This document shows positions 8,607-17,761 of a DNA stretch of 64,000 bases, in pieces. Where the stretch lies: NCBI GenBank assembly GCA_964602715.1, contig CAZRSB010000003.1:5783-69782 (forward strand), in the 5' to 3' direction. The translations under genes and the position numbers were made by a program. This stretch comes from an uncultured Thermoplasmata archaeon. GTDB taxonomy: Archaea > Thermoplasmatota > Thermoplasmata > Halarchaeoplasmatales > Halarchaeoplasmataceae. Positions within the stretch are counted from its first letter, which is position 1, and every line of letters starts with the position of its first letter. The notes beneath the pieces were generated by a model that was not told the DNA's origin, ran no database searches, and saw only the letters and a list, made by a program, of their open reading frames with translations.

Positions 8607-9003
8607 TGTGCAAAGGGAGATTTTCTCTTATACTCGATCATCTCCTATAAATTCTCTGGATAGCGATTTTAGTCAAGGCGTAGTAGGGGTACACTAAAAG
8701 GTGCACTATTCCTCGGAAACCGCCGCATGCGGTATATTATACCCCTTCATTTCACCCCTGCCGGCCCCAGGGGGGATGAGGGGTCCCCAAGGGACGAGAG
8801 GAAAAGATGGAAGGAGGGAGCAGGGAAGACAGAAGAAAAGCCGGAGAGGAAAGAAGTAGGAGTAAGAAGAGAGGGGCGAGGGACCGGCGGAAGAGGATGA
8901 GATAGCAGGCGGAGATGAGAAAAAAGTATAGGTAGAAATTAAGAAAGTTTATATTTTAGACGAGCACTCTTTATATGTCAGACAGACTGGAGGCATTAAA
9001 AAT

Positions 9004-9678
9004 ATGCGAGAAAGCACGATGAAAAGATCATCTGTGAGGGAAGAATTTGATATGGTGTTCGAAGAAGAAAATCTAGAAAAAGCAAGAGAAAGTCTTCAGA
9101 GGAAGATAGACGAGCTCGAAGACAAAAAGAAATTGGGAGATGCTCACTACCTTCTAGGATACATTTGCCAACGAGATGAGGACTATGATAAAGCCTACGA
9201 GCATTTGAGAGAAGCGGAGAAGTTGAGAAGAACAGTCGATGATAAAGAAGGGCTGGTAGAGACTCTCTCCTTCCTAGGAACTGTTGAAAAAGAAAAAGGG
9301 AATGAAGAGAAAGGGTTAGAAAATTTAGCTGAAGCGGCAGGTCTAGAAAGGGAACTAGAAAACTTCGAAAGTGCAGGAACATTCTACGCTATGCTCGCTA
9401 ATGGACATGATGAATTGGGTAGAACTGATGAGGTCCTTCACTATCAGAACAAAGCGATAGAGATGATGGAAGAGTTAGATAAAAAGGGCGAAAGCACCTT
9501 GAATGTAGAGGCTATGATTTTCACCAAAAAAGGTGGAGAAGAACTTCGAGACATCCATGGAAAGCGTATAGAGGCGTTTAAAGAGGAATATGAAGGTGAA
9601 TCAGAGGTGTTAACAACGTTTGAAGCCTTCGACGAGATGGAAAACTCCTTGTCAGAGTTGAGGGAAGAACTAGACTGA
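9004..9678 (+). CDS. hypothetical protein with TPR-like helical repeats
   Basis: 224 aa. GGAGG RBS 9 nt upstream. Segments such as AHYLLGYICQRDEDYDKAYEHLREAEKL are TPR-like. Confidence 0.5.
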   Translation: MRESTMKRSSVREEFDMVFEEENLEKARESLQRKIDELEDKKKLGDAHYLLGYICQRDEDYDKAYEHLREAEKLRRTVDDKEGLVETLSFLGTVEKEKGNEEKGLENLAEAAGLERELENFESAGTFYAMLANGHDELGRTDEVLHYQNKAIEMMEELDKKGESTLNVEAMIFTKKGGEELRDIHGKRIEAFKEEYEGESEVLTTFEAFDEMENSLSELREELD

Positions 9679-9802
9679 TCTGCAACGTCTTAAAACCTTT
9701 TGAATCTTTAACCCACTAGGGCAATATAGAGGACCCTAGGGATACGACAAGTTAGAGAAAAAATAAGATTTTGAAATATATACTTTAGCCTGATTCATAA
9801 TT

Positions 9803-12058
9803 TCAACCGTAATCTTCAAAATTTCTACTTATATAGGGGGCCTGCTCTTTGGGCTTCAAAGGTTCAGTCCTATTTCCTCTTCTAACAAAGAATTTTCCCT
9901 TTCCTTCTCTTTCTATAAACGAGGGGGTATCTGCATGTTCAACTTCTATTAAGCACACTTCCTTACCATTTACGGTAAAGAAAGAAACCTCAATATAATC
10001 ATTGAATTTTTCTTCCATATAGGAAGAAACTAGATTGAGTAGATGCCGTTGGAAAGCTTCTCTTTTTTCTTCCTCTTTGAACGTATCATAATCTTCTTCT
10101 AGACCGTAAACTTCTCCATCATTTTTAACGCCGATTAATAAAGTCCCTCCTTCTTCTGAGTTCAAAAATCCATTTATAGCTTTCATCGATTGATATTCCA
10201 CATCTTTTGTTCTCATACCTCTATCTTTTATATCCGTACGAAGGGTGGATTTAAACTCTAAATTTTGACCTTCACCTTCTTCGATCAACAGTTGGACATT
10301 TGTATCTTGTGCCCTTGAATCGATAACATTGAAAGTTATCCCATCCAGCTCTTCTTTGAGAAGTTCTTCGAATATCTTTATCCTCTTCTCGATAAATTCA
10401 TCGAGATATTTATGGCCCAATTCATCATCCCGGCACCAGTCAAGTATGGCCTTGGGGATTAGATGGGTTTCTAACACCTCTTCAAATCCTTCTCCATCAT
10501 AATCTTTAAGATAGTCAATTGGATTCTTGTCACTGATCTCTAGATTTGTAATCTGGGGAATATAAGCTATGTTCATAAGGCTGTCTTCGTCCAATTCATT
10601 GTCACCAGGATAATCCTCTACAAATCCACGTGGAAAGATATGATGTAGGTTTGGCTTATCTATTAAATGATAATATACTTCACTTATCACTGATCTATCG
10701 TAGTGTTTCCAGTCTTTTGGATCCTGGTTCGATAAGAGGGACAAAATAGCTCTAGAAAATCTCCCTCTATAACTGTATGATGATTCTCTCAGATCATTCC
10801 TATCCAGAATGAAAGGTTCAAATTCAAATTCTTCTCCCTGTTTGGCTTTCTCTAACTCTTCTAAATGATCATATCGAAGATGTCTTGTGTGCTTCAGTTT
10901 CTCTTCATTGTGGAACGAATAATACCAGAAGTACTTTTTTAGTAAATCATAATCAGGATCATCGTTTTCGTAGAAATAAGATGAGATAGTTATGTAGAAA
11001 TATCTGTATGGGATAAGATTTGGACCTTTCAAATGAAGATGGTTTTCAAAGAAGTCAAAAGTATCCCTAAAGGCTTCTTTCGCTCCATCCCATACCTCTT
11101 CTATTTGTTTTGCTGTGATATTATTTAGATAGGTGTCAGTGATATTGTGGACACTTGCATCTTCTATGTTCTGTCTAATTATCATCGCTAACATCTGAAG
11201 GTATGTTTGATACCCTATTCCGGAAAACTCACCTGGTGTATTGTCTTTGAAATCATCTATCATCTCTCTCAGATAGAAACCGCCCTCTGGATGCCCTTCT
11301 TGCCTAAACGTTTTAGCTACCACTATGTCAAATATGTTGAGAGGTTCACCTTCCTGATTTACTCTCTCAAATATTTCACAGACCTCATTGGTCTCTATTC
11401 CCTTCAATTCAATAAATGGGATCCTGTAGTTATCCATCACATGCTTTATCTTCCTCAAATTTTCCCTGTAAGGATGTTCGTAAGAAGTATACCCTAGATT
11501 ATGTATATTCCTTTCAATCTCATTATAGTTCTCCTTTATATCTTTCAGTTTTACGATCAGTCCCTTTTTGTATCTTTTCATCTTTGGGATGTTCTGCTTA
11601 ATCTCTCCGCCTTTGTCGTCTATCTCACCCCAACATAAGAAGCGTTTTTTATACTTTGAATCTTCCTCGTCTTCTTCCTCCTCCACCGTGAGGTCAACGT
11701 ACATAGTGGGCTCAAAGTCTCTTCTCCACTCCCCTTTAGCCCCATATAGGGAGGTTAGCAGGGCTGTTGTCCTTTGCTGCCCATCCAATATATATTTGAA
11801 GTCTGATTCTCTCTCAGAATCGTCGATCTCGTGTCCCCCGATCTTCCTATGTTTCTGCAGTTTTACATCTGTCTTCCAGACCAATATGCTCCCAATCGGG
11901 TAAAATTTATAGATACTGTCCCACAACTTTTTCACATTGTTCTTTTCCCAAATAATTTCCCTCTGGAAAGTGGGAATCTGATATTTTTTGTTCTTCAAAT
12001 TTTCAAGATATGTCCCTATAGAATCATGAGTGGGTTTGATTCTATCTGCATCTTCCAT
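9803..12058 (-). CDS. GmrSD-like type IV restriction-type nuclease (DUF262 + DUF1524) fused to a C-terminal AlbA_2/Schlafen-like domain
   Basis: N-terminal DUF262 motifs (QREIIW, ILDGQQRTTAL). Central His-Me-finger/DUF1524-like HHIFPRGF...NIAYIPQITNLEISDKNP. C-terminal EFKSTL...AINGFLNSEEGGTLLIGVKNDGEVYGLEED resembles the AlbA_2 (PF04326) core. Confidence 0.65.
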   Translation of the reverse strand: MEDADRIKPTHDSIGTYLENLKNKKYQIPTFQREIIWEKNNVKKLWDSIYKFYPIGSILVWKTDVKLQKHRKIGGHEIDDSERESDFKYILDGQQRTTALLTSLYGAKGEWRRDFEPTMYVDLTVEEEEDEEDSKYKKRFLCWGEIDDKGGEIKQNIPKMKRYKKGLIVKLKDIKENYNEIERNIHNLGYTSYEHPYRENLRKIKHVMDNYRIPFIELKGIETNEVCEIFERVNQEGEPLNIFDIVVAKTFRQEGHPEGGFYLREMIDDFKDNTPGEFSGIGYQTYLQMLAMIIRQNIEDASVHNITDTYLNNITAKQIEEVWDGAKEAFRDTFDFFENHLHLKGPNLIPYRYFYITISSYFYENDDPDYDLLKKYFWYYSFHNEEKLKHTRHLRYDHLEELEKAKQGEEFEFEPFILDRNDLRESSYSYRGRFSRAILSLLSNQDPKDWKHYDRSVISEVYYHLIDKPNLHHIFPRGFVEDYPGDNELDEDSLMNIAYIPQITNLEISDKNPIDYLKDYDGEGFEEVLETHLIPKAILDWCRDDELGHKYLDEFIEKRIKIFEELLKEELDGITFNVIDSRAQDTNVQLLIEEGEGQNLEFKSTLRTDIKDRGMRTKDVEYQSMKAINGFLNSEEGGTLLIGVKNDGEVYGLEEDYDTFKEEEKREAFQRHLLNLVSSYMEEKFNDYIEVSFFTVNGKEVCLIEVEHADTPSFIEREGKGKFFVRRGNRTEPLKPKEQAPYISRNFEDYG

Positions 12059-12490
12059 GGTATAATCACCTATTTTTGTAAAGCTAAACGATTAACAACA
12101 TAGAATATTTAAAATTAATCGCCGTAATTAATTTGATAAAAGTGTAGAAAACTACTCATTAAAGTTTCATCATCTATTCCGTTATTCTCACTTGCTACTT
12201 TTCTTCAGGCAGGAAACTTCATAAAATCTGTGTGATTTAAGAAGAAGCTAGAAATATGAATCATTCTAATATATACTTATATGAGTGTATATTCCTCACA
12301 CTCTACCGGATTTATGAAGGTGATCTTCACTTCTTTATATAGTATCACTTAAGTTTAACAGATGAAACTCGAAAATCGACGGAGAAACAGGAATTTTTAA
12401 CGATTTATCCTGATTGATTTTATTTTTTTCAAGAGGAAGAAAGAGTATTGAGGAAGAAAAGGTATGAACGGACAAAATCCCTAACGCACG

Positions 12491-12523
12491 CACGCATGCG
12501 CATTACGTAACATGTCCGGACAT
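12491..12523. repeat. three adjacent perfect palindromes (CGCATGCG, TTACGTAA, ATGTCCGGACAT)
   Basis: Read directly. Lies in the 515-bp intergenic gap between the GmrSD-like gene and the Rep-like gene. Confidence 0.55.
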
Positions 12524-12573
12524 ATCACATATAATAATACTATACGCGATCTGTCCGAAGTCCTATCTAGAGA

Positions 12574-15500
12574 TCAGTATCTACTTTCTATACCGTCTGG
12601 TGGGCGTGGTCCTTCCAACGGACTCTGATAGGGGCTTTCCCCTTCCAACTCTGTATCTCCTCCTGGGTTTATCCCGTTCAGGCCTTGATTGATCCATTTA
12701 TAGGCCACTCCTTCCTTTTTTTTGACAAGTGTATCAGTTTTCTCCTCTAGTTCATTCAGGCATCGTCGCACCTGTCTCTTTGACAAGTCGATCTTCTTTG
12801 CAATCGTCTTAGTGGTAAACTCTTCTCTTTTTTTCGCCTCTGAAAAGACTTTCTTCATCCCATCACTCCAAATATTTATGACCCCTGGTTGTGTCTCGTG
12901 AGGGACCCAATCAGGTAAAGTGTTCGTTTCGACATACACAACCGCTCCTTGTCCGTCTCTCCCGAAGCGCATTACTGCTTGAAGAGTGGCATTATGAGTC
13001 ATATGCCGATAGATTTTATTCCCAAAATCCCCATAGTCAGTATCCTCCCCTCTCCCTTCTCTTTCTACTCCCTCGTTTTGGTAGGCCCCCCATTTTTTGA
13101 TGTAATCGTCTCCGCAGTGATTCGATCCGATAACCACACCCAATCGCTTTTTTTTAAGCTTATTTGATCCTTTCAGATTACCGTAGTGAGTGTGATCATC
13201 GACGAATGTGAGCAATCCTTCTTCTTGGTATTGGTCCTTTGCTTTTTTCGTGGTGATCATAGAGGGCCTCTGATCATATAGTTCCGTTAGCTTTTGAAGA
13301 AGGAGCCGATCCGACTCGATGTTGACGTAATTCCCTGAGGAGTAGGGTTTCATGTGCTCAGTCGTGCGGATAAAATGATGATTCAATCCTTCCTTGAGGT
13401 ATTTCTTTCTTTCACTGTCATCCAATACCTGACGATGTTCTAATCTTGCACCACCAAGAGAAATTTCCCACATCTCTTTAATGGGAGTTCCATCTAATGC
13501 AATGATTTGCCTGCAGTAGTACAGATTCGGGGGTTTCATGACGTGAATTCTGTTAGTCGCTCGGTTATGAAGAACGGTGAGATGCTTATTTTTATCAAAA
13601 TAGCGCTTACGCTCGTATCCGTTGACCGTATTATCTTCATCTCCCACCATTTCAAGGAGGGCATGAATCACTGTAGGGGTAAGTGAATGTGTTTCTTCTG
13701 AGTCAAGGACCCATGTTGGGGTTTTCTCCTTCATTCCATCGAGATATTCGAGTGCTTTTTCCCGCCTTTTTTCATCATCCCTGTTTTCCAAAAGATCGGT
13801 AATGTTTTGGAAAGGGATCCTATCTTCGTCCTGAAGGTAATCCGATATGGCTTTTTTTAATTTTTCCGCTGAAAATTTTTCCTCAAAGGCATCCTCGGGA
13901 AATTCATCGAATACTACTGTTCTCTTTTTCGTAACTTTGGGAAGATGAGCACATAGATAATGCCCTATCAGAACATCGTAATATTCCGGATCGAAGTTCC
14001 AAGCCATGCTGTACGGACATGCCCCATCCTTTTGACACGGAGGAGAGCAGTATTTATGGATCTGTTGTGGGGTAAGCCCTCGTTCATACCAATCTTTTAC
14101 CTTATCTTTCCACTCTTCACCGTGTTCCCCTGTTGCTGTTGGACAACTCTGAAAAAAAGAAGGTAGCCGTTTATATGAGAGGTTCTCATCCTCGCACCAC
14201 TCTTCTATCTGTTTATACTGCTCTTTATGTCCCCGATCGGTAAGAACCGTTAGGGGTGTGTGTGTTTCTTTAGCGGCTTTGATTATACCGTTGCTCTTCC
14301 CTAACGAGGGTAGTGCATCGATGAGGATGTTTTCTTGGCTTTCTAACGCATCTACAAGGCAGTCTAACGTTTTTTTCCGTGCTTTTTCCACATGCCTTCT
14401 CCGTGGTCTGTCATCTATGAGGATGGGTTCAACAGGTAAATCACTTACATCATCAGGCTTGTTCACTGAAACTAATAGATCTGGTTTTGGAGATCCTTTT
14501 TCGAGGATGGGAATATCATATCCTCCCTCACTAAGTCCCTCTACGGCTTTCCAGAATGTCCTCCCGTCGAGTTTTTCAGCAGGAGTTGATATGAGCCCCA
14601 CTCCCAGCGCATACGCCTTGAGAGGACCACCGCCCTTATCTACTTTGTTATCTATGAACCGATTTTCTCCTTCAGGGATTGCACAAGATTTTCCGCTTTC
14701 ACTCTCCCGCCAAGAGGGGTTGAAGGTGATTTCGGATGATCTGTTCGAGGTGTCAAACTCGTCGGAAGCGTACTTTTTGACGATCTCTTTTACATCGATC
14801 CTATTAACAGCATCTACTACATCACACCAGTTATCGGTAGTTTCTAAATCAGCCAGGTTAATGTTCTTTTTACGACGCTCTTCCCGTCTCTCTTTCCGAT
14901 CTTCGGTAATTTTTTTTCGCCGTTTTTCTTTTTCCTTCTCCTCTTCAACCCAAGTCTTAAGGGCAACTTTCCAGTCCCCTTCGTAGAAATCTGGAAAGAG
15001 ATCTGAAATCATTTTGTCGAGTGGTCTATGGTTTTCGGGAACTGTGGTAAAATCTACACACCATTCTTTGACCTTTGAAATCAATTCGCTGTCTACGTCT
15101 TCCTTGCGAATCAACTTGTACTCCACGGTGGCAGTATCTATTGGATGGACCACGCCATCTATTTCTTTGTGTAAAGAGAGAGGGCCTTTATATTGCCGAT
15201 TCTTATTGTTAATCGCATCCATTTTACAGATTTCTTCTGCTCCATCAACGCTTTCAAGAACTTCAATCCTCTTTTTTTTAATCCAGTCATTCATGCGGTC
15301 CGTCAATTCATCGAATATTTTTCCCTTGCTGTTCAAATCGCTAATAGGTGCAGTGACGCCTGGAGCAGTGAATATGTAAACTCCTCCAACAGAATCCAAT
15401 AGAAAGACGTGATCCTCTCCTACCAACCTCTCGAATTCTTTTATCATCTTCTCTATCACTTTTGAGAATATTTTTTTCTTCTCAGAAGGAAGGGAGCGCT

Positions 15501-15903
15501 CTTTATGGGCATCCTTTAGGTCAATATCAACGAATAAAGCAGTGGCATAGATTTCATCATAATTAGGCAGAGGTGATTCCCCTCCCTCAAAATATGTGCC
15601 CCCATCGGTACTTTTGCATAATTTCTCTTTCAGAACATCTTTTTTCTGGTAGTTGAGCACGGCGTAATAGTGTCTGTCGATCTGATCTGCAAGTTCTCCA
15701 GCATCACCTCCCAAACTGTAAGGGCGGCCCCGATACTGATATCCTTCTTCGTAGCTTTCGATTTTCTTAGCCGGTCTTTTGTGGTACCACCCATAGTGAT
15801 CACTGATGCCAAAAGTAGTAGTCTCTTCCATCCCTCCTAGAGCTTTGAAAATCGGGATCAATTTTTGGTAATACTTCCTGTGCTCACTCCTTTTCCGTGT
15901 CAT
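12574..15903 (-). CDS. replication initiator-like protein: AEP primase-polymerase-like N-domain, P-loop NTPase, C-terminal wHTH
   Basis: AEP motif I-like ALFVDIDLKD and motif II-like DSVGGVYIF. Walker A-like LPSLGKSNG and Walker B VVFDEFPE. C-terminal helix-turn-helix KTIAKKIDLSKRQVRRCLNELEEK. 1109 aa. Confidence 0.55.
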   Translation of the reverse strand: MTRKRSEHRKYYQKLIPIFKALGGMEETTTFGISDHYGWYHKRPAKKIESYEEGYQYRGRPYSLGGDAGELADQIDRHYYAVLNYQKKDVLKEKLCKSTDGGTYFEGGESPLPNYDEIYATALFVDIDLKDAHKERSLPSEKKKIFSKVIEKMIKEFERLVGEDHVFLLDSVGGVYIFTAPGVTAPISDLNSKGKIFDELTDRMNDWIKKKRIEVLESVDGAEEICKMDAINNKNRQYKGPLSLHKEIDGVVHPIDTATVEYKLIRKEDVDSELISKVKEWCVDFTTVPENHRPLDKMISDLFPDFYEGDWKVALKTWVEEEKEKEKRRKKITEDRKERREERRKKNINLADLETTDNWCDVVDAVNRIDVKEIVKKYASDEFDTSNRSSEITFNPSWRESESGKSCAIPEGENRFIDNKVDKGGGPLKAYALGVGLISTPAEKLDGRTFWKAVEGLSEGGYDIPILEKGSPKPDLLVSVNKPDDVSDLPVEPILIDDRPRRRHVEKARKKTLDCLVDALESQENILIDALPSLGKSNGIIKAAKETHTPLTVLTDRGHKEQYKQIEEWCEDENLSYKRLPSFFQSCPTATGEHGEEWKDKVKDWYERGLTPQQIHKYCSPPCQKDGACPYSMAWNFDPEYYDVLIGHYLCAHLPKVTKKRTVVFDEFPEDAFEEKFSAEKLKKAISDYLQDEDRIPFQNITDLLENRDDEKRREKALEYLDGMKEKTPTWVLDSEETHSLTPTVIHALLEMVGDEDNTVNGYERKRYFDKNKHLTVLHNRATNRIHVMKPPNLYYCRQIIALDGTPIKEMWEISLGGARLEHRQVLDDSERKKYLKEGLNHHFIRTTEHMKPYSSGNYVNIESDRLLLQKLTELYDQRPSMITTKKAKDQYQEEGLLTFVDDHTHYGNLKGSNKLKKKRLGVVIGSNHCGDDYIKKWGAYQNEGVEREGRGEDTDYGDFGNKIYRHMTHNATLQAVMRFGRDGQGAVVYVETNTLPDWVPHETQPGVINIWSDGMKKVFSEAKKREEFTTKTIAKKIDLSKRQVRRCLNELEEKTDTLVKKKEGVAYKWINQGLNGINPGGDTELEGESPYQSPLEGPRPPDGIESRY

Positions 15904-16246
15904 TTTCAGGTTGTTCGATACTGATCCTTTCTCTCGCCAGGAGGCAGTCCTGGACGTGCCTACATCTCTTACAATCCCCAGTAATCCGATCTGATATGTT
16001 TCTAGTCCTCAATATTTCCAACTCTCTTTCCATCTCTTTGATAGCGTGGACCGCCAACCTTGCCTGATCGAAGGTGAATCCTAGCCCTTCTAGCATATCG
16101 ATCAGGATCTTGAAATCAAGAAGTTCAGATGGTCTGGGATGCTGACATTTATCAGGGAGGGGAAGTTTCTGGACGGCTTCCTTTCCAGCCTGTTCTATCT
16201 TTTCTTCCTCTTCAGATGTTAAGGCGTAGTAATTCTTCTCTGTCAT
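15884..16246 (-). CDS. hypothetical protein (element-borne), overlaps Rep start by 20 nt
   Basis: 120-aa ORF co-directional with and operonic to the Rep gene. Contains CKRCRHVQDC. Confidence 0.5.
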   Translation of the reverse strand: MTEKNYYALTSEEEEKIEQAGKEAVQKLPLPDKCQHPRPSELLDFKILIDMLEGLGFTFDQARLAVHAIKEMERELEILRTRNISDRITGDCKRCRHVQDCLLARERISIEQPENDTEKE

Positions 16247-16248
16247 AT

Positions 16249-16431
16249 TTACTCATCTCCACTGTTGGCACTTTCTTTCTTCTTTTCTTCCTCTATATCT
16301 TCTCCAGCCTGCTTTAGAATCGCTAGTGCCATCGCCCGAACTACAGTATCTCCGTGTTTAGCCAGTCGATGGAGTTTGTCTTTGTTCTTTCTGACGTATT
16401 GTTCAACATCATTCATCCTCATCACCATCAT
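16249..16431 (-). CDS. hypothetical small protein
   Basis: 60-aa ORF immediately upstream of 15884..16246 on the same strand. Confidence 0.35.
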   Translation of the reverse strand: MMVMRMNDVEQYVRKNKDKLHRLAKHGDTVVRAMALAILKQAGEDIEEEKKKESANSGDE

Positions 16432-16573
16432 TCATTTCCTTTTTACTTAAGAGAAGAAATATTCCTTCTCTCACATAACTACTCAGAGAATTACCTGTCT
16501 TTTGAGCCCGTTTTTCCAACTTTTCATAGGTAGAAGGTTTCAATCTGACAACGATCCGCCTTTTCTTAGACAT
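16409..16573 (-). CDS. ribbon-helix-helix (CopG/Arc-like) protein, 54 aa, not in ORF track
   Basis: Manual translation MSKKRRIVVRLKPSTYEKLEKRAQKTGNSLSSYVREGIFLLLSKKEMNDGDEDE. Basic beta-strand RIVVRL followed by two helices. Overlaps 16249..16431 by 23 nt. Confidence 0.5.
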   Translation of the reverse strand: MSKKRRIVVRLKPSTYEKLEKRAQKTGNSLSSYVREGIFLLLSKKEMNDGDEDE

Positions 16574-16681
16574 CGTATCGGTACACCTTTATAGTCACAT
16601 TCATCGTAATCTTTTTCACAGATGGCCGATTTTCAAGATTTGAAAATAGGTGCTTAAAGTGAAATTCGAGGTTTTCAAAAG

Positions 16682-17749
16682 ATGAAAAAAGAAGAAAATG
16701 AAGAGAAAATTTTAGACGTTTTAAGTTTCGGAAAAAACCCAACCACGCGTTCTTGGGAAATTTTGATGATAATATCTAATCAAGAAAAGATCGGATATAG
16801 TCTCGATACATTAATGGATAAACTTGAGAAATCCGGTAAGGATTACTCTAAGCAAAATGTGAGGAGAGACATAAAAAAGAGACTTAAAAAAGGTGATTTA
16901 ATTGAGGTAAAAAAGGAGAAGAAACCACAATATGGAACACCTCACAATAGGTACAAAGTCACATCTAGGGGGAAAATAGTTGCAGAGAAATTAAAAGAAA
17001 TCAAAGAGATATTGACCAATTTTGAAAAATATGAGGTAGAAAAAGATCATGAAAAATGGATCGAAAAATGGGTGGAAGAATTTACCAGCATGATAGATAA
17101 AAATGAATCGGTTGAAGATTCCGAATTAATTTCTAAATTGAAGGACTTAAGGACCTATATTAGGGATAATGACGCCTATATTGAAGTTTTTGAAAATAAA
17201 AGATTGTTAGATATTTTATGGGATTATATGGAAATCAAATCCCCTGCATACGAAGCAACATACACATTTAGGGATAAAAAACAGTATGTAGACTATCAGC
17301 TTTCTGCGTTCGTTATATATCTAGATATTCTTAAAGAAGGATTTGATCTAAACTTACCTTCTTTCCCAAAACAGGAAATGAATCGGATATGGGAAATTAT
17401 ATTTCACTTCTATATCAATTCTGAAAATTATTCTTACATAACCGATACTAAGACTAAAAAGAAAATTAAAAAGAGAGTGAACAATATTGTATCCACAATA
17501 TTTACAGATTATTATGGGGATGGAAGATCAATTGAGGAAAAATACCTTTTAGAACTTCTCGACGTTTTGTTTGATTCCTCCGGTAATATAGAAGATTCAA
17601 ATCTTCGAGATATTCTTGTTAATAAAATAAAAAACAGAAAGGATATGGAGTTCCTAAAGGAGCAGATCGAAGAGGAAATAAAAGAACAAGATGATTCAGA
17701 GTGGTTAAGAGAAATTCTAAGAGATGGGGGATACATCGAACTCATATGA
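16682..17749 (+). CDS. hypothetical protein with N-terminal winged-helix-like segment
   Basis: 355 aa, divergently transcribed from the RHH gene. N-terminus ILDVLSFGKNPTTRSWEILMIISNQEKIGYSLDTLMDKL is wHTH-like. Confidence 0.5.
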   Translation: MKKEENEEKILDVLSFGKNPTTRSWEILMIISNQEKIGYSLDTLMDKLEKSGKDYSKQNVRRDIKKRLKKGDLIEVKKEKKPQYGTPHNRYKVTSRGKIVAEKLKEIKEILTNFEKYEVEKDHEKWIEKWVEEFTSMIDKNESVEDSELISKLKDLRTYIRDNDAYIEVFENKRLLDILWDYMEIKSPAYEATYTFRDKKQYVDYQLSAFVIYLDILKEGFDLNLPSFPKQEMNRIWEIIFHFYINSENYSYITDTKTKKKIKKRVNNIVSTIFTDYYGDGRSIEEKYLLELLDVLFDSSGNIEDSNLRDILVNKIKNRKDMEFLKEQIEEEIKEQDDSEWLREILRDGGYIELI

Positions 17750-17761
17750 TATTGGTGTATT

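Noticed and set aside
8323-8697. 124-aa plus-strand ORF
   Set aside because: Its translation (MVFHTVFHMVCCMVFHIVCY...) directly mirrors the 12-bp tandem repeat, so it is a repeat artefact.
14258-14986. Long antisense ORFs inside large genes (e.g. 14258-14986 and 15014-15379 inside the Rep gene; 44003-44587 inside smc; 29927-30307 and 31871-32182 inside the coiled-coil gene; 37194-37637 and 37821-38159 inside infB; 58695-59099 inside rpoB)
   Set aside because: Ser/Leu/Phe-rich low-complexity translations on the opposite strand of well-supported genes. They are typical shadow ORFs of Lys/Glu-rich coding sequence.
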